In this document: piece after piece, positions 24,644-32,000 of the stretch
Numbering within the stretch: the stretch's first letter is position 1
Layout of the letters: each line of letters starts with the position of its first letter
Assembly: GCF_001465295.1 (NCBI RefSeq)
Contig: NZ_CP011034.1
Location: forward strand, 1,800,001-1,832,000
Length of the DNA stretch: 32,000 bases
Direction of reading: 5' to 3'
Source of the DNA: Pseudoalteromonas translucida KMM 520
Lineage (GTDB): Bacteria > Pseudomonadota > Gammaproteobacteria > Enterobacterales > Alteromonadaceae
The notes under the pieces: model-generated
Database searches by the model: none
What the model was told of the DNA's origin: nothing
Seen by the model: the letters and a program-made list of their open reading frames with translations, nothing else
Translations under genes and position numbers: made by a program

Positions 24644-25684
24644 GTGAAGCGTAGGACCTTTATACAAGGCCTGGTAGCGCTTGGGGCTGTGGGTGCATTA
24701 CCACTGCCTCTTGCTCGCGCACTAGCGGCCAATATAGCAAACCCTGTGTCTGTAGATAGCTTACCTAAACTAGAGGGTGAGCTTACGCTTTATTTAGGGC
24801 GTGGTGAAGGTGGCTTATACGAAAACGTATTACAAGCTATCGAGAAAAAAAATCCAAACCTTAAACTCGGTATACGCCGTGGCCCAACTGCTGCATTAGC
24901 AAATACCATAGTAGCTGAAGCAAAAGCAGGCGTTCGCCGTGCTGACTTATTTTGGGCGGTTGACTCAGGCGCGATTGGTTTAGTAACCGATGCTGGCCTT
25001 GCACAGCCAATACCAAGTGATTTATCGGCTCAGTTACAGCCGCAATTTAGATATAAAGAATGGACGCCAGTAACCGGCCGAATTCGTACTTTGCCATACA
25101 ACACGTCGCGTTTAACTAAAGAGCAAATTCCCACCAGCATTATGGAAATTGCCGACAGCGATTTAAGTATTGGTTGGGCTCCTGCTTATGCATCGTTCCA
25201 GTCGTTTGTAACTGCAATGCGGATTTTAGAAGGTGATGACAAAACCGCTAAGTGGCTTAAAAAAATTAAAAAGCGCTCTAAAACCTATGCCGGTGAATTA
25301 GGTGTAGTTATGGGCGTTGAGCGCGGTGAAGTTGATATTGGTTTTGCAAATCACTATTACACACTTAGGTTAAAGTCGGGCAAGCCCGATGCTAAGTTAG
25401 ATTTAGCCTTTACCCAAAACGATGCGGGCTGTTTGGTCAATGCCTCAGGTGTATTAGCTTTAAGTGACGATCCGTTAGCAACTAATTTTATGCGTTATTT
25501 ACTAAGTACCGAAGTGCAAAGCTATTTAGCCAGTGAAGCTTACGAAATCCCGCTTGTTAATGGCATTAGTGTGCCACAGGGCATACCGTCTTTATCGAGT
25601 ATTTCGCCGCCTAAAATTGATTTAACTCAGCTCGCCGATTTACGCCCCACTATCGATTTAATGCGCAGTAGCGGCGTACTGTAA
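24644..25684 (+). CDS. Fe(3+) ABC transporter periplasmic substrate-binding protein (FbpA/AfuA-like) with Tat signal
   Basis: Twin-arginine leader MKRRTFIQGLVALGAVGA..ARALA. SBP_bac_6-like body. Sits in an operon with a two-domain permease and an ATPase. Confidence 0.8.
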   Translation: MKRRTFIQGLVALGAVGALPLPLARALAANIANPVSVDSLPKLEGELTLYLGRGEGGLYENVLQAIEKKNPNLKLGIRRGPTAALANTIVAEAKAGVRRADLFWAVDSGAIGLVTDAGLAQPIPSDLSAQLQPQFRYKEWTPVTGRIRTLPYNTSRLTKEQIPTSIMEIADSDLSIGWAPAYASFQSFVTAMRILEGDDKTAKWLKKIKKRSKTYAGELGVVMGVERGEVDIGFANHYYTLRLKSGKPDAKLDLAFTQNDAGCLVNASGVLALSDDPLATNFMRYLLSTEVQSYLASEAYEIPLVNGISVPQGIPSLSSISPPKIDLTQLADLRPTIDLMRSSGVL

Positions 25685-27183
25685 TGCGACTACCAGCATC
25701 CTACCCAATGGCGCTGCTTGCAGCGCTCATTACGCTTACCCCTATTTATGTGTTAATTACCCTTGCCAGCGACACAAGCTCAGTATTTGACAGCCATAAT
25801 CTCGACATTTTAGCTAATACCTTATCGTTAATGGCATTAACTGTATTGGGTTCTATTTTAATTGGCGTGCCATTGGCGTTTATTAGCGCTTATGTACATT
25901 TACCATTTAAAAAATTATGGCTGGTTATATTTGCAGCTCCTTTAGCTATACCTAGTTATATTGGGGCGTTTACACTTTATGCAGCTTTTGGCCCTGGGGG
26001 GGAAATAAATAACCTACTTGGTATTCCTACCCCCTCAATGGACGGCCTTAGCGGCGCAGCCATAGTAATGACCTTGTACACATTTCCGTTTGTAATGATG
26101 ACCACCCGCTCGTCCTTACTCAGCCTTGATGCCAGTATGGTAAACGCCGCACGTACGTTGGGCATGTCGATGACACAAAGTGTATTTAAAGTAATATTAC
26201 CCCGCGTAGTTAATGGTATTGCCGCGGGCTCTTTGCTTGTTGCACTTTATACTTTATCTGACTTTGGTACACCGGCAATGATGCGCTTAGATACCTTTAC
26301 CCGAGTTATTTATGTGGAATACAACGCCTTTGCTTTAGGCCGTGCGGCTATGCTCTCGTTGCAATTAATGGTTATTGTTGGCTTTTTATTAATGATTGAA
26401 TCACAAATAAAAACGGCCACTGAACGCCAAGGTAGACCACTTATTTTATTCCCTAAAAAGTGGCAGTTAAGTGCTATGTTTATAACTTTTGCGCCTATTT
26501 TGCTATTAGCCATTGGCTTACCTTTAGCTATATTTTCATTGTGGCTGGCACGAGATGGTTTTAGCGGCTTTGATTTTAGTATTGCTTGGAACTCAACGTA
26601 TGCCTCAGCAATTGCTGCTGTCGTTGCTGTAATTGTGGCCATTCCGGTTGCTCATGCGGCTCTTAGCGGCAAAGCAGGTAAAGTAATGGAGCGCGTAACT
26701 TACTTTGGCTTTGGTATTCCGGGCATAGTAATGGGCACAGCGCTTGTTTATGGCGGCTTGCAACTGCCCTTTTTGTATCAAACATTAGGGCTGCTTATTA
26801 TTGCTTATACGCTGCGCTTTTTACCTCTTGCTGTAGGCTCAGTTCGTACCAGCACCGAGCACTTAGATCCAAGCTTAGTAAAATCGGCCCGAGTACTTGG
26901 CGCCAGCCCACGCGAAGCATTTATGCGTATAACTCTGCCCTTAACTATGCGCGGTATTATTGCCGGTGCGGCATTAGTGTTTTTAGAGTCGATGCGCGAG
27001 CTAGAGGCCACCTTATTACTTGGCCCTACTGGGTTTGAAACCCTCTCTACTTATTTGTGGCGTGTATACGAAGCCGGCTATTTTGGCCGCGCTGCTATTC
27101 CGGGGTTATTATTAGTGGTGATTTCTGCGTGCGCGTTAGCTATTATGCTCACTGGCGAAAAACGCAACCAGCTCGAACATTAA
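25684..27183 (+). CDS. Fe(3+) ABC transporter permease, fused double-domain (FbpB/AfuB-like)
   Basis: 499 aa with two BPD_transp_1-type halves, each carrying an EAA-like loop (NAARTLGMS.. and KSARVLGASPREAF). ATG overlaps the upstream stop. Confidence 0.85.
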   Translation: MRLPASYPMALLAALITLTPIYVLITLASDTSSVFDSHNLDILANTLSLMALTVLGSILIGVPLAFISAYVHLPFKKLWLVIFAAPLAIPSYIGAFTLYAAFGPGGEINNLLGIPTPSMDGLSGAAIVMTLYTFPFVMMTTRSSLLSLDASMVNAARTLGMSMTQSVFKVILPRVVNGIAAGSLLVALYTLSDFGTPAMMRLDTFTRVIYVEYNAFALGRAAMLSLQLMVIVGFLLMIESQIKTATERQGRPLILFPKKWQLSAMFITFAPILLLAIGLPLAIFSLWLARDGFSGFDFSIAWNSTYASAIAAVVAVIVAIPVAHAALSGKAGKVMERVTYFGFGIPGIVMGTALVYGGLQLPFLYQTLGLLIIAYTLRFLPLAVGSVRTSTEHLDPSLVKSARVLGASPREAFMRITLPLTMRGIIAGAALVFLESMRELEATLLLGPTGFETLSTYLWRVYEAGYFGRAAIPGLLLVVISACALAIMLTGEKRNQLEH

Positions 27184-27197
27184 GGATTTAATAACAA

Positions 27198-28217
27198 ATG
27201 CTATCTGTAAGTCAGTTGTCTATAGATTATGGCAGTAACCGTGTAGTAAGCGATTTAAACCTATCATTAGGTAATAACGAAATTCTTATGCTTGTAGGCC
27301 CTACTGGCTGCGGTAAAAGTACTATTTTGCAGGCATTAGCCGGCCTTATACCTATAAGCGAAGGCGAAATAAACAGTGGTAAATGGCGGGCAACTCCTAA
27401 AATTACTGTGCCTGCGGAAAAGCGCAGTGTAGGTATGGTGTTTCAAGACTTTGCTTTATTTCCGCACTTAACCGTGCAGCAAAATATTTATTTTAGATTA
27501 AAAGACACCAGCCCAGGCGAGCATTGGATAAAGTTACTTGGCCTTGATGAGTTTAGAAATAAAAAACCGGCAACGCTTTCAGGCGGGCAAAAACAACGCG
27601 TCGCACTTGCGCGCACCCTTGCCCACCAGCCTGACTTTGTATTATTAGATGAGCCGCTTTCTAACTTAGATGCCGCACTTAAAGACATGCTGCGCTGGGA
27701 TATTCGAAACGCGCTTAAAGCAGCGGGCGTACCTGCAATTTGGGTAACGCACGACCAAGAAGAAGCACTCTCGGTTGGCGATCGTGTGGGTGTACTGCAA
27801 GGCGGTAAAATTCAGCAAATTGATACACCAGAGCGCTGTTTTAGTACGCCCAACAATCGATTTGTGGCACGTTTTTTAGGGGAAGCCAGCTTTATAAGCG
27901 GCCAGTTTAGCCAAGGCCAAGCAACCACAAGCATTGGCAATGCACCTGCCCACGGTGTTGATTGCGATAGTGGCGATGTAGATGTGCTGCTACGCCCCGA
28001 TGACGTATTACTAGTGCAAAGTAGTGTGGGTAATAATGGCGAAGTTATTTGGGTACGCTTTGAAGGTGGCAGCCGCTTATGTGCCATAAAGCTTGCCTGC
28101 GGAGCTGTAGTAACCAGCCGCGTTAGCCATGAAATAGTAGTAAACCCCGGCGATGCTGTACATGTATCTTTAAGTACTTCGCACCCGCTAGCGGTTTATA
28201 AACAACTCGCGCAATAA
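27198..28217 (+). CDS. ABC transporter ATP-binding protein (FbpC/PotA-like)
   Basis: Walker A GPTGCGKST, signature LSGGQKQRVALAR, Walker B LLDEPLSNLD. C-terminal TOBE-like regulatory domain. Confidence 0.9.
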   Translation: MLSVSQLSIDYGSNRVVSDLNLSLGNNEILMLVGPTGCGKSTILQALAGLIPISEGEINSGKWRATPKITVPAEKRSVGMVFQDFALFPHLTVQQNIYFRLKDTSPGEHWIKLLGLDEFRNKKPATLSGGQKQRVALARTLAHQPDFVLLDEPLSNLDAALKDMLRWDIRNALKAAGVPAIWVTHDQEEALSVGDRVGVLQGGKIQQIDTPERCFSTPNNRFVARFLGEASFISGQFSQGQATTSIGNAPAHGVDCDSGDVDVLLRPDDVLLVQSSVGNNGEVIWVRFEGGSRLCAIKLACGAVVTSRVSHEIVVNPGDAVHVSLSTSHPLAVYKQLAQ

Positions 28218-28235
28218 TAAAGTATGCAACACTAA

Positions 28236-28260
28236 AAAGCCCATTAACATGGGCTTTATT
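28236..28260. terminator. Bidirectional hairpin terminator between convergent genes
   Basis: AAAGCCCAT-taac-ATGGGCTTT flanked by an A run and a T run. Confidence 0.75.
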
Positions 28261-28272
28261 AATCTGTATAAA

Positions 28273-28716
28273 TTACCATTCAAACATATAGGCCATTTTA
28301 CTAATAGTTTTAAGTGGAATGTTATGGCTGTTACGCTTGGCATATAAATGCTGCATTGATTTGTCTTTTACTTCGCCCACAATCACTTCTTTTACTTGAT
28401 AACCCAGAGCGACTGCCGCTTGTGTGTACGCGATAAATTCCCACTTTTTAATATTGGTGTTATCTACAATCACCAAAGGAATATTTTGTGCTAAAGCGTT
28501 AATAAAGCGCGCTAAATTTAAATTATGGTATTGCGGCAACTTAAACTTATCAAATTGGTATTCACCTAGATCATTAATAAAATAATCATCGGTTGAGCAA
28601 ATAACATATTGGCTTTCGTCTGCACCGGCGAGTTCGTCGGCAAGATTTTGCGCATAATAAGACTTACCGCTTCCTGGTAGTCCTCGTAAAATAAAAACTT
28701 GTTTCATAGCATCCAT
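28273..28716 (-). CDS. P-loop NTPase/kinase (AAA_33, N4BP2-like polynucleotide-kinase-type domain)
   Basis: ILRGLPGSGKSY Walker A, STDDYF, VIVDNTN Walker B-like. The start may be Met4 (28707). Confidence 0.7.
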   Translation of the reverse strand: MDAMKQVFILRGLPGSGKSYYAQNLADELAGADESQYVICSTDDYFINDLGEYQFDKFKLPQYHNLNLARFINALAQNIPLVIVDNTNIKKWEFIAYTQAAVALGYQVKEVIVGEVKDKSMQHLYAKRNSHNIPLKTISKMAYMFEW

Positions 28717-29011
28717 TTTTTAGTATGTAATGGTAAAACGATTAATATAAAAATATCTGAATGTTCATAATGCCACAAAATGGGTAAACATAAGAGCAAC
28801 AAATAACAATACTCACATTTAGGCCTTAAAACTGTATAAAAATAAAGCGCATTTATAAAAATTTTTAAAGAGTTGCCCACAATAGTTTTTTTATCTTACT
28901 TTACTAGGTAAGATACAGGGTTCAAGTGCAGCGCCGTTTAAGAGCAATTTTGCCAGCGTGTGGTGCGTAGTTAAATTATATAGTTAGGCAACTTATATCA
29001 TTGGAGTGAAG

Positions 29012-30409
29012 ATGAGCCATTTAGCGATTTCAGAGCTATTAAAAGGCAAGGTATCGGTAGACAGCCAAGTTACAGTAAAAGGCTGGATCCGTACTCGCCG
29101 CGATTCAAAAGCAGGAATTTCATTTTTAGCCGTTCATGACGGTTCGTGTTTTGATCCTATTCAAGCGGTAGTTCCTAATTCACTTAATAATTATGATGAA
29201 GTCACTAGCCTAACAGCCGGTTGTTCTGTGTCGGTTACCGGTGTTTTAGTGCAATCTGCTGGCCAAGGTCAGTCTTATGAGATTCAAGCTAACTCAGTTA
29301 CTGTATTAGGTTGGGTAGAAAACCCAGATTCGTACCCTATGGCTGCAAAACGTCATAGTATTGAGTACTTACGTGAGCACGCTCACCTTCGCCCTCGTAC
29401 TAACATGATTGGTGCCGTAACCCGCGTACGTAACTGTTTAGCCCAAGCTATTCATCGCTTTTACCATGAGCAAGGTTTTTTATGGATAAGCACCCCTATT
29501 ATCACAGCAAGTGACTGTGAAGGCGCTGGTGAAATGTTTCGTGTATCAACGCTTGATATGCAAAACTTACCGCTTACCGATAAAGGCGAAGTAGATTACA
29601 GTGAAGATTTTTTTGGTAAAGAAGCATTTCTTACTGTATCTGGCCAGTTAAATGGTGAAACTTACGCGTCGGCAATGTCAAAAATTTATACGTTTGGTCC
29701 AACATTCCGTGCAGAAAACTCAAATACTTCGCGCCACCTTGCAGAGTTTTGGATGGTAGAGCCTGAATTAGCCTTTGCTGATTTAGAAGATATTGCAAAA
29801 CTAGCAGAGCAAATGTTGAAGTATGTGTTTAAAGCAGTACTAGAAGAGCGCCGCGATGACATGGAGTTTTTTGCACAACGTGTAGAAAAAACAGCGATTA
29901 CTCGCCTTGAAGAATTTGTAGAAAAAGACTTTGCACAAGTTGATTACACCGAAGCGGTAGAAATATTAAAAGCTTGTGGTAAAAAGTTTGAGTACGCTGT
30001 TGAATGGGGCGTAGATTTACAGTCTGAGCACGAGCGTTACTTAGCAGAAGAGCACTTTAAAGCACCAGTAGTTATTAAAAACTACCCACGCGATATTAAA
30101 GCGTTTTACATGCGCCAAAACGAAGACGGTAAAACCGTTGCCGCAATGGACATAGTAGCGCCAGGTATTGGTGAGATCATTGGTGGCTCACAACGTGAAG
30201 AACGCCTAGATATTCTCGATGCTCGTTTAGACGAAATGGGCTTAAACAAAGACGACTACAGCTGGTACCGCGATTTACGTAAATACGGTACTGTGCCGCA
30301 CTCAGGCTTTGGCTTAGGTTTTGAGCGTTTAGTTGCTTATGTTACCGGTATGGGCAACGTACGTGACGTTATTGCCTTCCCTCGTACTAAAGGCAGCGCA
30401 ACGTACTAA
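29012..30409 (+). CDS. asnS: Asparagine--tRNA ligase
   Basis: Collinear with E. coli AsnS throughout ([60 protein letters not shown]). ATG at 29012 with GGAG upstream is preferred over the GTG at 29006. Confidence 0.97.
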   Translation: MSHLAISELLKGKVSVDSQVTVKGWIRTRRDSKAGISFLAVHDGSCFDPIQAVVPNSLNNYDEVTSLTAGCSVSVTGVLVQSAGQGQSYEIQANSVTVLGWVENPDSYPMAAKRHSIEYLREHAHLRPRTNMIGAVTRVRNCLAQAIHRFYHEQGFLWISTPIITASDCEGAGEMFRVSTLDMQNLPLTDKGEVDYSEDFFGKEAFLTVSGQLNGETYASAMSKIYTFGPTFRAENSNTSRHLAEFWMVEPELAFADLEDIAKLAEQMLKYVFKAVLEERRDDMEFFAQRVEKTAITRLEEFVEKDFAQVDYTEAVEILKACGKKFEYAVEWGVDLQSEHERYLAEEHFKAPVVIKNYPRDIKAFYMRQNEDGKTVAAMDIVAPGIGEIIGGSQREERLDILDARLDEMGLNKDDYSWYRDLRKYGTVPHSGFGLGFERLVAYVTGMGNVRDVIAFPRTKGSATY

Positions 30410-30436
30410 TACGTTAACGCTTACTGTGTACCATAT

Positions 30437-30466
30437 TAAAAACCAGCCGATGGCTGGTTTTTTTAT
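30437..30466 (+). terminator. Rho-independent terminator after asnS
   Basis: AAAAACCAGCC-gat-GGCTGGTTTTT, followed by a T run. Confidence 0.85.
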
Positions 30467-30525
30467 GTCCAAATAACCATCACATCAGGAAGTGATTAAG
30501 TAACTTAGGTTTATTAGGCACAACC

Positions 30526-30562
30526 TAAAAGCCGCAGCATCATAAAATGACACTGCGGCTTT
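30526..30562 (-). terminator. Terminator downstream of etfA
   Basis: On the minus strand AAAGCCGCAG-loop-CTGCGGCTTTT. Confidence 0.6.
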
Positions 30563-30598
30563 AATTTATAACTATAAATATAATTTTTAGTTATTAAC

Positions 30599-31525
30599 TT
30601 ATAGAGCTTGCTCTAGCTGTGGCAGTACATCAAATAAGTCGGCAACTAAACCGTAGTCTGCAACCTGAAAAATAGGTGCGTCTGGGTCTTTATTAATTGC
30701 GACAATTACTTTTGAGTCTTTCATACCAGCTAAATGCTGAATTGCACCACTAATACCCACTGCGATGTACAAGTTTGGCGCTACAATTTTACCTGTTTGC
30801 CCTACTTGCATATCATTAGGTACAAAGCCTGCGTCAACTGCTGCGCGCGAAGCACCAATAGCAGCGCCTAACTTGTCGGCAATTCCGTGTAATAAACTAA
30901 AGTTTTCGCCATTTTGCATACCACGACCACCTGAGATCACTACAGTAGCTGCGGTTAATTCTGGGCGTTCTGATTTAGTTTGCTCATCGCTTACAAAGCT
31001 ACTTAGCGCAGAATCGGATACTGTATTAACTGCTGTTATTGGCGCGCTTGCTTGCTCTGTTTGTAAGTCGAAGCTACTAGCACGTACCGTGATAACTTTT
31101 TTGCTATCGAGTGACTTAACCGTAGCAATTGCGTTACCCGCATAAATAGGACGCTTAAATGTTTCAGCGTCAACAACATCAATAATTTCTGAAATTTGTG
31201 CAACATCAAGCAAGGCTGCAACGCGCGGCATAAAGTTTTTACCTGTAGTGGTAGCACTTACCACTATGTGGCTATAAGAATCAGCAAGCGATAGCACTAA
31301 ATCTGCCATACTTTCAGCTAATTGATGTGCATAAACTGCGTTATCTGCTACCAGTACACTAGCTACGCCATTAATAAGCGCAACTTCTTCGCTCAGTACA
31401 CCTACGTTTTCGCCCGCAATAAGCACATCAATAGGAAAACCAAGTTTTGCTGCTGCGTTAATTGTTTTTGAGGTTTCTGGTTTTAATACACCGTTATCGT
31501 GTTCTGCTATTACAAGTGTTTTCAT
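30599..31525 (-). CDS. etfA: Electron transfer flavoprotein alpha subunit
   Basis: [11 protein letters not shown].. with a C-terminal FAD-binding region ([30 protein letters not shown]). Confidence 0.95.
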   Translation of the reverse strand: MKTLVIAEHDNGVLKPETSKTINAAAKLGFPIDVLIAGENVGVLSEEVALINGVASVLVADNAVYAHQLAESMADLVLSLADSYSHIVVSATTTGKNFMPRVAALLDVAQISEIIDVVDAETFKRPIYAGNAIATVKSLDSKKVITVRASSFDLQTEQASAPITAVNTVSDSALSSFVSDEQTKSERPELTAATVVISGGRGMQNGENFSLLHGIADKLGAAIGASRAAVDAGFVPNDMQVGQTGKIVAPNLYIAVGISGAIQHLAGMKDSKVIVAINKDPDAPIFQVADYGLVADLFDVLPQLEQAL

Positions 31526-31526
31526 A

Positions 31527-32000
31527 TTAGATTACCTTCGCCTCTGTTTTTAATTTTTCTACAAGTTGCGCCACGTCCTCAACTATAATACCGGCAGTAC
31601 GTTTAGCTGGCTCTTCAACGCTAATTAATTGCACGCGGGCCGTTAAGTCAACACCCAAAGTATCGGCTGCAATAACCTCAAGCGGTTTACGTTTTGCTTT
31701 CATTATATTTGGCAGCGACGCATAACGTGGCTCGTTTAAACGTAAATCGGTAGTTACAATAGCCGGTAAACTAAGCGCTACTGTTTGTAAGCCGCCGTCA
31801 ACTTCACGGGTAACATTAACTTTTCCATCAACCACTTCAACTTTTGAAGCAAATGTACCTTGGCCACGTTTAGTCAATGCTGCTAGCATTTGGCCGGTTT
31901 GGTTATTGTCTGAATCAATTGATTGCTTACCTAAAATAACTAATTCTGGTGCTTCTTGTTCTACAATTTTTGCAAGTAATTTAGCAATGTGCAGCGACTC
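31527..32000 (-). CDS. etfB: Electron transfer flavoprotein beta subunit, N-terminus outside window
   Basis: The frame stays open to the window edge (..[43 protein letters not shown]..). Lies directly upstream of etfA. Confidence 0.9.
   Translation of the reverse strand, partial: ESLHIAKLLAKIVEQEAPELVILGKQSIDSDNNQTGQMLAALTKRGQGTFASKVEVVDGKVNVTREVDGGLQTVALSLPAIVTTDLRLNEPRYASLPNIMKAKRKPLEVIAADTLGVDLTARVQLISVEEPAKRTAGIIVEDVAQLVEKLKTEAKVI

Noticed and set aside
28893-28914. Palindrome ATCTTAC-N8-GTAAGAT upstream of asnS as a possible operator.
   Set aside because: It is a single 7 bp inverted repeat in an AT-rich promoter region. I know of no regulator motif for asnS that matches it. The evidence is too weak to call.
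4778-29011. Upstream TTG/GTG start codons used by the ORF track at 4778, 15881, 18270 (minus strand), 22329 and 29006.
   Set aside because: In each case a downstream ATG aligns with the conserved N-terminus of the family and/or has a better-spaced Shine-Dalgarno sequence. The shorter coordinates were therefore reported.

Overview
AT-rich gammaproteobacterial chromosome, probably Alteromonadales or Pseudoalteromonas-like judging by protein content; I could not run a search to confirm this. Conserved housekeeping genes flank a roughly 14 kb accessory island (about 1430-15880) that is visibly more AT-rich. Left flank: a 5'-truncated aldehyde/succinate-semialdehyde dehydrogenase. Right flank: gloA, a DUF302 gene, htpX, a divergent bioBFCD/bioA biotin cluster, a Fur-box-preceded Fe3+ ABC importer operon, a P-loop kinase, asnS and etfAB. 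The island holds a LuxR-type response regulator with a multi-TM HisKA_3 histidine kinase, two small genes bracketed by a repeat family, and the main finding. That finding is a run of minus-strand gene units (5920-14876) separated by imperfect palindromes that behave as integron attC sites. For each unit, the inverse core (..TAAC) at its 3' end is the reverse complement of the first 9-11 nt of the same unit, which is the circular-cassette signature. No integrase is visible, so this is a CALIN-like array. Every cassette carries a defence-type gene. They are an RloC/PrrC-like ABC ATPase with a zinc hook, a two-gene Thoeris type II module (TIR-like ThsB plus TM-Macro-like ThsA), a stand-alone Rx4H HEPN protein, and a leaderless trypsin-fold serine protease. 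The last two match no named defence system I recognise and are the best candidates for something new. The array is decorated by IS elements. An IS110-family element sits immediately next to the TAAC inverse core of one attC. A 177 bp remnant of a second copy sits at the identical position of another attC. An IS1182-family element has split the GTTA core of the same attC that carries the intact IS110. The 238 bp non-coding left end of the IS110 element contains short matches to its own right end and to the attC target flank, as expected for a bridge RNA.
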